From: Eledone cirrhosa
Taxonomy: Eukaryota
NCBI GenBank assembly: GCA_964016885.1
Contig: OZ024742.1
Coordinates: 240,498,001-240,562,000 of the forward strand
DNA length: 64,000 nt
Reading direction: 5' to 3'
Shown: positions 11,400 through 25,725 of the stretch, piece after piece
How the letters are laid out: the number at the start of each line of letters is the position of its first letter
Position numbering within the stretch: the stretch's first letter is position 1
The notes under the pieces: generated by a model
Database searches by the model: none
The model's input: the letters and a program-made list of their open reading frames with translations, nothing else
Told to the model about the DNA's origin: nothing
Position numbers and translations under genes: made by a program

Positions 11400-13151
11400 A
11401 AGGAAATATAAATATTCTTAAATACTCCAGTTGCATTTTCGATTTCTTTTCCTTATACTTTCACCCGTGTAGGACATCTTGTTTTTTTTTTTTTTTTTTT
11501 TTATTAAAAACACCCTTCATATATATATATATATATATATATATCAAAACTCACAATAGTCCCTTATAATCAAATTAGCTCAAGGAAAATATTTTTCCGA
11601 GCTTTATAATACTGTAAAGATATATGAACACGGATATATAATAATTGTTTCTACTTTAGGCACAAGGCCAGCAAACACCCAGTACATTACTGGTACTTTA
11701 TTTTATCGCAAATCACGAGGGTCTGAAACCGCCAGGGTGAAGAAAATACTGACTACAATAGTATGGTTCAAAGAACTCAATCAAAAGGATAAATTGTCCC
11801 TTGTGATTTGAACACATATAGTTATATATCCGTGTTTGTCTCTCTTTACTGTATTATGTGTGTGTGTGTGATTAATGGGTCAAATAAAGTGGTTTGAGTG
11901 GGCGGAATAACTGTTGATAACTTATCTAGGTCAAGAAAGAAAATGAAATGTATTTAACATGTATTATTCTTTTGATACCAAAACCACCTGAAATTAACTG
12001 CCCCTGATTCAACTATACAAAAATCTCAGGATGTTTGGTTATCATAGACAAAATGCCATGAAGATGACACAAGATAAATAATACTATGTTGTGACATAGA
12101 CCTATTAAATCAAACATGCCAGATAAATATGACCAATCTAGTAGGACACTATCCAGAGAGAGATTTATTTCTCATTTGATAAACCTTTTTGATACCAAAC
12201 CACATAACACCACCTCCCACTCCATGCCTGTCCTTGGTTCTACAATTGTATTGTCTTTATATATTTATTTAAAGTCTTTATACTTATCTAAAAACCTTTC
12301 AACATAATTTTATGTAAAAACCTGTTTAATAATGATAAAGTTAGCTGTATTAGTAAATCCCCCTAAATTCTTGATAATTTTCTAAATATTTTTAAATGTA
12401 TGGGCTGTGTATTTCACTAGAAATACAGTAATGAAATGGTTAAATCATTCTTTTAATTGAAAATGGAATCCATTGTTTTTGGATTCAAAATCTAAAACTT
12501 TTTAATTCACATAGTAATTGACTATTAATTAAAATATGTAAAGAACATCTACAGTAGGATTTTAAAAGTAAATAGTTTGGTTTAGATGTAAATGGTATTA
12601 TGTACCATATTTATAATGAAAGACACACTACCTATGATTTTCAAATTATTTTGAAAATAGTCAAGAATGTGGAGGGATTTAGTAATATAACTAACTTGTG
12701 TTTAGAACTTCATTTGGTTCTTACATAACGTTATGAAGTTTTTAAATAAATATAAACACTTTAAAATAAACAGTTTTGCATCAGGGGACTAGAGGCAGTT
12801 TGGCATCAAAAGTGGAAAGAGAGGATAATGGAACTTGGTTCACTATTGAGGTGTTGATCTGTGTATTATCTGAAACTGTTGAACTCTGGGAGATTAGACA
12901 CTTAGAGGCCCATTGATTTAGTATAACGCAAATGAAGTATTTATACTTTGTTGTTCCTAGTTTCCAGGCAGAGTTCTGTGTCTAAGACTAAGTAGTCTAT
13001 GGTTGGCATATTTGGTTGGGTAGTCTATAGTTACCTTAATATGCTAGTGGATGGAGTTGGTTATATGCTCTCCATGGTGTTTATCTACTTTTTGAGTGTT
13101 ATTCTGAGGGTGATGGTGGCGAGATTACTACTATATTAATATCATATACAC

Positions 13152-13490
13152 CAGTGCTTCTCAAACTATCTGATGTGTTGGACTAGCATTGTTTTTTTTC
13201 AATGTACCACGTACCGCTAATATTTCGTAGTAATATTAATTTATACCAGAAACGATATATATAATGAATATAATAAAAGTTGACCATTTTTTTATCTTCT
13301 ATTTATTTTGTAAACAAATAATACAATATCAAAACATATAAAAATGTAATAAAAAAATAACAAGCAGTTTATTAACACAAAAATAAAAATTACATAACCT
13401 TAATCTTTACTAGTGTGAAAGGCCGCGTACCGGTAGCTGATGGCTCGCGTACTGGCACCGGTCTGCGGACCACCACTTTGAGTAGCACTG
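13152..13490. mobile_element. hAT (Charlie-type) MITE
   Basis: TIRs CAGTGCTTCTCAAA / TTTGAGTAGCACTG. Perfect 8-bp TSD ATATACAC at 13144-13151 and 13491-13498. Confidence 0.92.
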
Positions 13491-13969
13491 ATATACACAA
13501 TGGGAGCACATAGTCAGAGCTATGGAGTTCTCTATTGGGTGTTCTTTAAGTCTCCTGTCCCAGCTTACCATAAAGAAATTGGTCACATCAGCAGAAAAGT
13601 TGATTCCGATGGCTGCTCTCTCTTTTGAGGCATATATTTTGTCATTGATCTTGTATATATGGCCTTGCAGTGTTATTCTTATATTTGTCAGGATTTGAAT
13701 TCAGAATTTAAAGCAATGTAACTAAATCTTGCAGTATTTACTATAGTCATTGAGAAGGTCACAGAATGTGTGATGAAAGACATTCGACAATTAAATAACC
13801 ATTTCGGTTTCTAAACTAACTGAAGAATGGATTAGTTACCTGACTAATAATAAAACTGATGTGAAACTCAACTGGTATGTGTGTTTTGATTGGCAACATG
13901 ACTCTCCCAAAATATAATGATATCTGTTTCAACTCAGGTTTTTACATCAAGAATCTTGCAAAACAAATG

Positions 13970-14019
<50 letters not shown>

Positions 14020-14021
<2 letters not shown>

Positions 14022-17000
14022 CATCATCATCATCATCATCAACGTTTAACGTCCGTGTTCCACGCTTGTATGGGTTTGGACGGGGGGTTTTCCCACTTGA
14101 GGCAAGAGTGATTGTCTTGCTTGTATAGGACTGTCTGGCAGGTTTTCTACAGTTGGATGCCCTTCCTAACACCAACCACATTTACAGTGTGGGTCTGGGA
14201 GGTTTTTACCGTGTTGCCTACACGGCCACATTACAGCGTGGACTGTGTGTTTTTTTGTCGTGACACCTACAAGATCTCATTTGTTTCGGCCTGGATGGTG
14301 TGGCACCAACACAACTTTACATAGAAGGGGGCGGTGTGGATGGGGTGGGGGTGGTGGGGCGGGGGTGTATTTTGTTAGAGATGCCTACTGACTGTAGTAG
14401 GTTTTACTATGTATTTAGGTAAGGCGGATCTTCTCTATTACTGAGTACCGCCAAAGGTCTCGGTCCAGTGATATTGTCTTGGAGAGGTGTAAGTGTGTGA
14501 GGTCGGAGTTTATCAGCTCGTCCCAGGTTTTTCTAGGTCTGCCTATTCCGTGGCTACCGTCTATCTTTATTGCCCTGCACTTTGTTATACAGCTATCGAC
14601 TTTCATGCGCATCACGTGTCCATACCAACGTAGCCTTCTCTCGAGTAAACAACATCTGATCCCTCTTATTTCTAATTTTTTCCTTAGTTCGTTTATGCTT
14701 TGCCGTTCACGTATATTACTATTGCACATCCAGCGGAGCATGCAAGCTTCGTTCCTCTCTAGTCTGCGTAAATCCTCTGCACACAATGCCCAGGTCTCAC
14801 TGCCATGCAACATTGCTGTTCGTATACAGGCATCATACAACCTGCCTTTCATTTTTAGGGAGAACCCTTTAGCGGGCAATAGTGGTATAAGCTCTCTGAA
14901 CTTTTTCCATCCAGTTCTGACTCTAGCTACTGTACTTTCAGAGCACCCTCCCTCACTGCTGATTTTGTCACCCAGGTAACGGAAGCTGTCCACTATTTCT
15001 ATAGAGCCCTCTGCGCAGTTGAAAGAGTTAGTATTTTGTGGGCACTTACTGCTACTTATTGCACCAGAGCACCGGCCACATGTGAAATCTATGTTCTTAG
15101 TTAGCTTACCTGTGATCCCACTACATCTTTTATGCACCCATACTTTGCATTTCTGACACAAAATGGAGTTTCTACCTACGCCTTTCCTACACACTGAGCA
15201 TGGCCACTTCCCAGAAGGGACCGCCGCCTTATTTTCTTTCCTACAAACTAGAACTTTGGTCTTAGCCAGATTAATTTTAAGGCCTTTTGATTCTAGGCCG
15301 TGCTTCCATGTTTGGAATTTCTTCTCTAGCTCGGCCATTGATTCAGCTATGAGTGTTAGGTCGTTTGCGTATAGGAGTTCCCATGGGCAGCCGGTCTTGA
15401 ACTCCTCTGTTATAGCCTGAAGGGCAATAATAAATAGTAGGGGGCTGAGAACAGAGCCCTGATGGATGCCAACTTTTACGCTAAACTCTTCACTATATTC
15501 GTTGTTAATTCTAACCTTGCTGACTGTTTCTTTATACATGGCTTGTATAGCTCTCACAAGCCATTCATTGACACCTAGTTTTCTAAGAGCCCACCAGATA
15601 ATGGAACGGGGGACTCTGTCGAAGGCTTTCTTCAAGTCGACAAAAGCTAAGTAGAGGGGTTTACTTTTAGCTAGGTACTTCTCCTGTAGTTGTCGTACAA
15701 TGAAAAGAGCGTCTGTGGTACTTTTGCCTGACACAAACCCGAACTGCATTTCATCTAGGTCAATTCTCTCTCTGATTAGTTGCGCTATTACTTTTTCCGT
15801 GACCTTCATGACCTGGTCGATTAATTTAATGCCTCTATAGTTACTCCTATCTAGGGCATCTCCTTTACCCTTATAACAGTTAACGATGATGCTGCTACGC
15901 CAGTCCTTCGGAACAACCCCATTCTGTATGACTTGGTTAACTATCCGGGTGACCATGGTGTGTCCCACCATGCCAGATGCCTTCAGCATCTCAGCAACTA
16001 TTTCCGAAGGCCCAGCTGCCTTACCCGTCTTCATATCCTTGATTGCCTTACTTATTATACTACCCTCGACTAACACTGCTGGTCCCTCTATTGGGTCGAT
16101 GTGGGGGAGACTGTCTTTCTCCCATTTATTCTCCTCATTTAGTAGCCTTTCATAGTGACACTTCCAAGCTACCTTCTTATCAGCGTCGGTGATGGCAAGT
16201 ACGCCGTCATCATTAAGTACACACTTCTCCCCGACAATATCACGGTTTTCCTTGACACATTGCCTAGCAATCCTGAACACGTCACGTTTTTGGTCCTCGC
16301 GTTGTAGAACATGCTTGAACTTTCTTTCCTCTGCTTCCCTTCTTGCGAAGTACACTTGTCTCCTAGCTTCCCTCCTAGCCACTTGATAGTCTTCTCTACT
16401 TCCCCCATCCCGCCATACTTTCCAAGCCTGCTTTTTGGCCTTAATTGACCCCTCCACCTTACTGTTCCACCACCATGTTACTCTCCTCCTGCCTACAGGC
16501 CTGCTCCAGCCACAGACTTCGTCTGCTGCCATCAGCAGGTTTGCCTTCAGGAATTCCCACTGTCCCTCTATATTGTCCGACTCTAAATGCTCTTCCTTAC
16601 TGTCGAAAGCATCAAGTAATATGCTTTGGAATTTATTTCTGGCTGTGGGGTCCTTTAGCTTCCATATTTTTCTCCTGAGGATAGTCCTCTTCTGCTGTCG
16701 GGTACGTCTCGTCCTGACTATGAGGTCGTTAATTATCAGTCTATGTTGGGGGGGTGCATTCTTCATGGGGGAGGGATTTAGTGTTTACAACAGACACTCT
16801 GTCGCGTCTTCTGGTAAGGATATAATCTACCTGGCTTGTGTGTTCCCCAGATCTATAGCTGATCAGGTGATTGTCACGTTTTTTGAAGTTAGTGTTACAG
16901 ATGGTTAGGTTATTTGCGTCACAGAATTCCAGGATTCTGGAGCCTTCCTCATTTCTAGTACCAAACCCATAGCCTCCATGGATCTCGTCGTAGCCGTCAC

Positions 17001-18583
17001 AATGTTGTCCAACGTGACCATTTAGGTCGCCGGCAATAATTATATAGTCACTGTCGGTTATTTGGGAGGTAGTGAGCATCAGTGTCTCATAGAATCTGTC
17101 TTTTATAGTGCCGGGCAGTCCGGATTGGGGTGCGTACGCAGATATTACTGTCACCGTACTTTTTTGGGGACAAGTCTTATTTCAATTATTCTGTCGTTCA
17201 CTCTATTTACGTCTATTATCTTATCTGCCCACTTTTCTGCTACCATGATTCCTACTCCACCCAGCCCATCGTCATTTCCCACCCAGAAAAGCTTATAGCA
17301 TCGTTTTTTACCCTCAATGAATCTAGCAGACCCACCCCTCCACCTGGTCTCTTGAATACAACAAACATCGACCTCCTTACGTTCAAGCATTTCTACAACC
17401 TCGTTAGCGCGACCCTTTAAGGTGCCTACATTTATGGTACCAACTCGGAAGTTTTGGATTGCGTTTGGAGGGTGGGAGTGGTGGGGGGCGGGGGGAGATG
17501 GGGGTTATGTTAGCCATCCGCGGCCGAAACAAAGAGGAGTGCTCGCATTCTCCTCCATGAGGTGAATTTGTCTTTATCTTTGGCATTGTCGCTGAGCGTC
17601 CAGATTTTTCTCTCTCTTCCACTCTCCAGGTTTCCGTAGTCCATCCATCCATCATATATCGAAAGGCAGCCAGGCAAGCGATAGTATAGGCCTCTGGCTT
17701 ATGATTGGTCCATGTAATAATAATGGTGGTGCGTGGGGGCTCTGGCTTATGATTGGTCCACGTAATAACAATGGTGGTGCGTGGGGGCGGGGGAGAGGGG
17801 TGTTGGGTAGATAGCTATAAGGTAAGGATTGAATGAGGTCCTCGTATTTAACAAGCGATTAACAAAAATACAAGATTTGTTCTGTTCAATACAACAAAAA
17901 CTCTCGTATTTAACAAGTAATAACAAAAAATACAGATTTGTTTTAGGAATACGTCAACTACATTTAGGATTTGGCAAGATTGGAGGTTTGGACTAGGTAC
18001 GAAATGGAAGTGTGGAGATGGTAGAAAAATGTGTACATTACGTTACATGATATACCGTGAAGGAGCAGCGATGAATTTGGCGAAAGTGAATTTACTTGAA
18101 GGGTTTATCTTATATATATATAGCTAAGAGAGAGATGGAGAGAGAGAGAGAGATGGGGGGGGGGATAGGTTTGGCCGCATGATGTAGGTATTGGGGTGGC
18201 TGACCGCGGAACCCTCATGAAGTAGAGGGAGGGGGGCGAAGGATAGTAGGAGTGGGAGTTTTCGAAGTAGCATAATATATTTAAAGGAATTTATAAGAAG
18301 AAGAGGAAGGAAAGGATTTTGTTTTGTTTTGAAAACACGATAGAATTAAGGAATTAAGGTTGGGTAGATGGCTATAAGGTAAGGATTGAATGAGGTCCTC
18401 GTATTTAACAAGCGATTAACAAAAATACAAGATTTGTTCTGTTCAATACGACAAAAACTCTCGTATTTAACAAGTAATAACAAAAAATACAGATTTGTTT
18501 TAGGAATACGTCAACTACATTTAGGATTTGGCAAGATTGGAGGTTTGGACTAGGTACGAAATGGAAGTGTGGAGATGGTAGAA
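14020..18583 (-). mobile_element. Apparently full-length RTE LINE family A (APE-RT-PHD-like), frameshifted
   Basis: APE start FRVGTINVGTL (~17450), then CIQETRW, SAYAPQ, AGDLNGH. RT lies in ORF 14415-16766 with YADD mutated to YAND. Frameshifts in homopolymers near 17160 and 16750. (CAT)n tail and (TA)n on both flanks. The 5' limit is inferred. Confidence 0.9.
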
Positions 18584-18789
18584 ATATATATATATATACA
18601 CATCTGTAACACTTTAAAATATACACACACAAACATACACATTCAAACATATATACAATGCATGTCCTATATCAGTCATGTTACTACAATAACAAGTTTG
18701 CTTTTGAATTCCAATATCCTGGGCCCCAGCCCTATATTTGTTCCTGTAGATAAGTTATTTCTCTAGAATTACACATACATATGTCATAT

Positions 18790-19015
18790 GTTCATTTTCC
18801 TTCATGCGGGTTAACAAGGGACGCATTCAGGCCTTAGGTAGAGGGGCCTGTTTGAAAATTATATTGCTGTCTCCATCTCATGCTGTAAAAACTGGAGATA
18901 AGCCTATGACCTGTCCTGCAAGGCATGGGATGGACACACAAATATTGCGTATCCTGAGACCCCAAAGAGGGTTTGAAAGGGAACAAATCATAAAAATTGG
19001 AACTTGGAATATCCT
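18790..19015 (+). mobile_element. 5' fragment of an old RTE-like LINE
   Basis: Ends in the APE start motif IKIGTWNI. Confidence 0.45.
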
Positions 19016-19239
19016 AGAAATTAATTATTAAAATATCAGTTTTATCTTCAATCACTCCCATGTATCAGTAATCAGCATAAACAATAGGGTTTCTCTTCTG
19101 CAATACATAAATTTCCAGTTTGTATAATTGTCCATATACCTACTTATGTAGCATAAGAATCCTGGACTCCGAAAATTAAATGCATTTAATGTATTTTGAA
19201 AGTACTGTTCTACTAATATATATATATAAAAATTGATGG

Positions 19240-19727
19240 TAGCTACGGAGTAGGCAGACCCAGAAAAACCTGGGACGATTTGATAAATTCCGACCTTACA
19301 CACTTACACCTCTCCAAGACAATGTCACTGGACCGAGATCTTTGGCGCTACGCAGTAATACAGAAGACCCGTCTTGCCTAAGTACAAAGCGAAACCTACA
19401 GTCAGTAGGCACCTCTTAACCAAAAATACCCCCCATCCAACTACCCCTATCCCCACCCCCATCTACACCACCCCTTTCTCTGTAAAGTTATGTTGGTACC
19501 ACAACATCCAGTCCTAAATAAATGAGGTCGTGTAGGTAACACGGTAAAAACCTCCCAGTCCACACTGTAAATGTGGTTGGTGTTAGGAAGGACATCCAGC
19601 CGTAGAAAACCTGCCAGACAGTCCTATATGAGCAAGACAACCACTCTTGCTTCAAGTGGGACAATTCTCGTCTAAACCCATGCTAGCGTGGAAGATAGTC
19701 ATTAAACGATGATGATGATGATGATGA
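19240..19727 (+). mobile_element. RTE family A 3' end
   Basis: Homologous to 1-552, with a (GAT)n tail. An opposite-strand family C fragment follows at 19740-20010. Confidence 0.85.
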
Positions 19728-21227
19728 TATCATCAGAGTCATCATCATCATCATCATCATTTTTAGGTCCGCTTTTCCACTCTTGCATGGGTTGGAAGAG
19801 CCCTTCTCAGTACGGCATCTCTCCACACATCGCGATCCTTTGTCATCGCCTCTGTGAGTCTCAGTGATTTAAGGTCAGCTCTTACAACCTCTGCCTAGGT
19901 CTTTCTTGGTCTACTTCTACTGCAACTTCCTTTCACTGGCATTTCTTCACCTAATAATCTTTGTCCATGTGCACCATATGTCCCAACCAACTCAGTCTTC
20001 TCTCAAGGACTCAAAAAGGGCCATTACATATTGAGGGAGAGGCACAGCGAGCCAAAATGGGATGGGTTGGGGTGGTAAAGAGGGTGATTTCCACCAGCTA
20101 TAAAGCTAATATGCGTTACAGCTGAGAGGCTGCTATTTATTTAAAACAAAAATTAAAATGAATACACACATGGTAATCAGTAAGTAGGATATGTGAATAA
20201 GTAGGTCTGCCAGGACCTGACCAATCTTTGTTAGCAGGAAAAGTGGACATTAAATGATGATGATGTCGCTCATTAAAAATAAGGTAATGAAAGGGCTGAA
20301 TTTCAAATGTGCTTTATATGTCAGCAAACATACTTGATAAATGAAAGTTTATTTATTTAATTACTTATTTTTTTAATTGATGTGTCATTCTTAATTTCTT
20401 ATCTACTTTTTATTATCATCTGTAAGAAATATTCCCATTTCATCAGGTTCAATTGGTTGATAATAATGTACAATGTACTATATATATCATAGATCAAAAT
20501 GTTACCTTAAAAATGAGATAATATAAAATCCTGATGTGTACTTAGTTTTCTAATAGTTTAAGTTATTCAATTATTTGGTTAATACAAGAGAAAAAAATGA
20601 ATTGCAGAGAATAGTCAGTGATGAATATTGTGAAGAGAAATGGAATGAGATGGCTGTCATGTTTTGAGAAAGGATGAAAGTGACATGGTGAGAGGAATGA
20701 TGGTAATGAATGTGGCAATAGAACATGGGGGAAAAACCAAGAAAGACATGGCTAAAGATGATGGTAGAGGAAATAAAAGCCAAAGGGGTGCAGAGGGAAG
20801 TGCTAAATAGAGAAACTTGTCATGGAGCCTGCATGACCAACCCTTCTTTAGCTGAGAAAATGGCCTTGAAACAATTGTTATAAGGGTTGTTGTTAGTGGT
20901 CATATTGCATGATTTTAGTTAGTGATGTATAAGATATTTTTAAAATATAAAGAAATGTAAATTTAAAACTGAAAACTACCTATGGTCCTCTTTCTAAAAG
21001 GTTCTAACTTTGCCATAAAAAAAAAAATGTTAACATCTTCCCCTTGAGGTGCAGGCATAGCTGTGTGGCTAAGAAATTTTCTTCGCAACATGATTTGGGG
21101 TTCAGTCTCAATGTGGCATCTTGGGTTGACTAATATCTTGTGAGTGAAATTTGGTAGACAGAAACCATCTGTATGTGTAGATACACATCCCTTCATAGAT
21201 GCCTACACACATATCATCATTATTTTA

Positions 21228-21560
21228 GTTGGATTGGCAGTATTGGTAGAGGGTCGGATGCCATGCTTGACGCAAAGAGTTACGTCCCTTTACGAGTTCA
21301 AATCCCGCCGAGGTTAACTTTGCCTTTTATCCTTACGGGGTCGATAAAATAAAGTACCAGTAATGTACTGGGTAATTGCTGGCCTTGTGCCAAAAGTAGA
21401 AACAATTATTTTAGCTGGATTGGCAGTATTGGTAGAGGGTCGAATGCCATGGTTTGACGCATAGAGTTACGGCCCTTGCCATTCTGGGGTTAACTTTGCC
21501 TTTCATCCTTACAGGGTCGATAAAATAAAGCACCAGTAATACACTAACGTAGAAACAATT
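21228..21560 (+). mobile_element. Two tandem tRNA-derived SINEs with (ATT)n tails
   Basis: A-box-like TGGCAGTATTGG, B-box GAGTTCAAATCC, core ctttgcctttcatccttacggggtcgataaaataaagtaccag (resembles the MetaSINE domain, from memory). Other copies at 8410-8590(-), 31921-32345, 35205-35350, 46408-46600, 51330-51530 and 55968-56150. Confidence 0.8.
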
Positions 21561-21584
21561 ATTTTAGCTGTATTTTTCCATGCT

Positions 21585-21656
<72 letters not shown>

Positions 21657-24600
21657 GGTATATCTGTCTGTTTATGTTTACTGTTAGTTTATGTCGCATT
21701 TGACAAATACAGATTGATAAAATAAGTACCAAACTTGAAAAAAAAGTACTTATGTCAAAATGATCCGACTAAATCTCTCGAAGATAATGCCAATGATTAT
21801 TTTAACATGCAGTTGACCCTTGCTTATGTAGTTAGTTTTAAATCTAATTTTGTGCAATAAGTTTACATTTTGTGTCAAATACTATATGTGCTTCCATGGT
21901 AAATGATGCTTAAAATAATTAAAACTTTCATGAAATAAAAAAAAAATAGTCGTTACAAATGTTTCTCAAACTTGGAGAGAATATTAATTACTGGGTCATG
22001 GTACTTGCGTCAAAGATTTGTGCAGTTGTAAAATTTCCTCAAAATAAATCCTGCTTGAAGATGGTACTCCAGCATAGCTGCCATCTAATGACTAAAACCA
22101 GTAAAAGAGTAGAAGAATAATGCTTTATAATCTCCTCAATAATTAATAGTTCAATGAAATAATTGAAAATAAAATACTCAAATTGATTATTAGATTCAGA
22201 ATTTGATGGGGATTCTTTTTCCAGTTCCCAAAGTCTAATATGCTACTACAAACTTGTGTTTCATTATATAATTCATATTCATCACGGGGTCCTTTTTGAG
22301 GCCACATTTTACAGTCAGATAGCTTTCTTGGCACCAGTCTTTTTAGCCTCCACTTGCAACACCATACAGAGTCAAAATGGAGCACTCACAAAGAAGCAAT
22401 TATTATATCTAGGTAGAGTTAGAATGGGTCACACAAAGAAATATTCTACTATCTATCTAGGTAGAGTTAGAATGGGACACAAAGAAACAACTATCTTATT
22501 TAGGTAGAGACTCATAAAAATATTCTACTATCATATCAAAATAGACAGCCAAAGGATAACAGTCAAATTTTGTTTATTTTATTTATTTATCATTCTAGTC
22601 CTGTGACATTTGTACCCCTACCTGCCAACTAATGAAATTAATACTATTAATGTATGTCAACTGCTTTAGGAAAAATATGGGTAAAGAAGTCATTCTTGAG
22701 GGCTGCAACTCTTGGGAGGAATAATTGGGGGAAACGATTTAACCCAAACTATGGGGATAAATAGGCAGTAGAAAGTTGGTGAGTAATGTATAGAAAAGTG
22801 ATTTTGACTAAGGCAGAGGTGGTATGTAGCTTTCTATTTCTGAGAAGCAGAGAGTATTGTAGTCACATTAAAAGTTGCATGGAAAATAAACAGCAGTCTA
22901 TGAGTCAGTGATTGCAGTGTAATGATGAGTGAACCTTTAATTCCAATTAGCTGAATTACCATTTGTAGGTCTAGGATATGTCCCAGTGTGGGTTACATTT
23001 GAGATTTGTAGAGGGCCCACAGCAGCTGGTTAGAGCTCAAGTATTTTCTGGCACAGAAAAAGATGTATTAGAGATGTAGTTTTAACAATGTTATATATGT
23101 GAGAGATCACCATGAGATATCCTTAGAGATTTGTCTGGCATTTATAACATTTGAGAAATTTAGTTACCATATACACTCAAATATAAGCAGCCCCTCCCTT
23201 ATGCCTGAAAAATGGGCAAAAATCCAAATCCCGTTTATAAGCAGCTAATCAACACATTATATTTAGATGGTGTGGTTTTGAGTATAAAATATATTTTGAT
23301 ATTTAAAATATTTTAAGTGACATATAGAATATAGTTTTTGTTTCACAACTCCATTACATAATGATTTTTTACCATTTCATCCATTTTATAGTTTCAACAA
23401 ATTTCTTGAATTTTTGTTTACTACTGGCCACTCACATGCTGGGAATAATTAAAAGCAAAAGATCGATTAACCCTTTAGCATCTACATTATTCTATATTTA
23501 CTATTATATTTTCACATGAGAGAGAGAATTTGCTCCAGTACTGGTCTGGTACTTTATTTATCGTCCTTGAAAAGATTTGAACTTGGAGCACAGAGAGCTG
23601 GAATGAATAACGAATGTTGTAAAACATTCTGTCTGATGTTCTAATAATTCTACCATTTCACTATCTAGAAAGTTAGTTACAACAAATATTTAATGTTAAT
23701 ACTATGATCAATAGTAGTTGTCAATAATATTGGTTGCATCTGTTGTTGAAAGCTAAATGTTGAAAGCTATTGTATAATATAAGATCAGTAATAAATTTAT
23801 CAAACAATTCTGTAATTTATTAGAAGTGTCATTGCTATTGATCAGTTTATATAGTAGCCACTCCGAATCACAGCTGGTTAGGTCTGTAGAATGACAACTG
23901 TGTTTTATTTTTTCATTCATTACCCAGAGACAGAGCTGTGTTTATAGCCCCTTTCTACTAATAGCTACCTTCCATTACTAACTATATTTCTAATGACATA
24001 CTCTGTATTAATGAAGAATTTGGAGGGATTTAACTCTTTTCATACCAAACCACATGAAACCAACCTGGATTTATTATACAATATTCTCCACTTGAATATT
24101 CTTACTTATATTGAAACATTCAAACAAAAACTTTTAAAAGAAATTTTGTAAAGCAATGTTCTAAACATCAGCCTAATGATGAAAGAACTAATTATTATAT
24201 TAACCTTTAGCATGCTGAATTATTTTAATGAATTGCTTCCCTTGACACTGTATTATATATTATGGGGAGATTGCTGTATCTGCAACTTATATCACTGACA
24301 GTGCCAAGAGGGTTAAATACCTCAAAACTTTTGATTTTCAAAATTAATTGAAACAGTATATTTCATTAGAAATATATTGACAAAAGGTTTAAATAGGAGT
24401 CCTTTATAATGGATGGCTTTGTTTCAGAGAACCAGAGCTGATTTTGGCTGGGTTGGTATAAAAAGGGTAACATTTTCGTAACTGTATTTCTCATGAAATA
24501 TGCTCAATTTCAATAAAAATTTAGAGGAATTTACTTAAATCATTACTAAGATAGCTTCTCACTTTATCCTGTAGGTTGCTTTGGACATACCCGTTTTGTG

Positions 24601-24789
24601 GGCTTCTTTGGCTTTAGATAGTCTCAAGTTGCAGATAACTAGATGGTGGTCAGTTGACAGCTCAGCCCCTTTCTGAACATGAACATCCAGCACAGAATCA
24701 AAGAGATCAGAGACAATAACAAAATCAATTATTGATCTCTGTCCCTGAGTCCCCTTATACCATGTATATTTATGGATATCTCTGTACTG

Positions 24790-25190
24790 GATGGAAGAAG
24801 GTGTTCATAATAACGAGTCCATTGCTAGAACAGAAGTCTAATAAGGCCTCTCCATTTGTATTTAGATCTGGATGGCTGGTCCTTCCATGTCAGGTGGTCA
24901 ATGCCAACATGTACATTAAAGTCTCCCATTAGGATATATTACTCAGTCTTAACTACATGCTCAGTCTTAACTACATCTAATGCTTAGTCTTAATTACATC
25001 TAATGCTGCAGTGACTTCAAGGAAGGATCTATATTTGGATTCCTTGTTTGGTGCATAAACTTGCACCACCTTCAAAGACCTATCTTTCAGCCTAAGCTTC
25101 AAGAGGCAAATTCTCCTTTCTAATGGGATCCAGTTCATAACACATTCTGACAGTTGAGGGCTTATGAGTATCTCCACTCTTGCCTGTGCA
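24790..25190 (-). mobile_element. Degraded RTE-like endonuclease fragment
   Basis: ERRICLLKLRLKDRSLKVVQVYAPNKESKY resembles the APE domain of RTE-clade elements. Confidence 0.6.
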
Positions 25191-25447
25191 GTCATTTCTA
25201 AATGGTTTCAATTTGGGAAGTGGATGGAAAGTCGATTAAATCAACACAGTACTTGATTGGTACTTAGCTTTATTTTATCGACCTTGGAAGAAGGAAAGTC
25301 AAAGATGACCTCAGCAGGATTTGAACTCAGAACTTAGTAAGCCAAAACAAATAATGTAAAGCTCTAAACAATTTTTTGCCAGTCCATTGCCTAAAAAAAG
25401 CTTGATAAAAGTCTTAATGATATAAATGGAAATTATTTATTTTTCAG

Positions 25448-25628
25448 GTGAAAATACTCTATGTTAGAAATTTGATGATGAGCACCTCAGAAGATACAAT
25501 ACGAAGAGTTTTTACAGAGGTTACTAAAAAAGATGATGTCATTGAAAGAGTAAAAAAAATTCGAGATTTTGCCTTTGTGCACTTTAAAAGCAGGGACGAT
25601 GCAGTATTAGCCCAAAACAAACTTAATG
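25448..25628 (+). CDS. Exon of an A1CF/RBM46/RBM47-family RNA-binding protein, RRM3
   Basis: ttttcag acceptor and GTATGT donor (phase 1). Translation [22 protein letters not shown]...[28 protein letters not shown] matches RRM3 of the A1CF/RBM46/RBM47 family ([20 protein letters not shown]). Confidence 0.93.
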
Positions 25629-25671
25629 GTATGTGTTTGATAGAATTTTATTATTTTCAAAATTTGTTTTT

Positions 25672-25725
<54 letters not shown>

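Noticed and set aside
8000-25447. Upstream RRM1/RRM2 exons of the host gene
   Set aside because: No splice-flanked frame with RRM or VDWAEP-type motifs was found by eye. They probably lie outside the window, though a short exon could have been missed.
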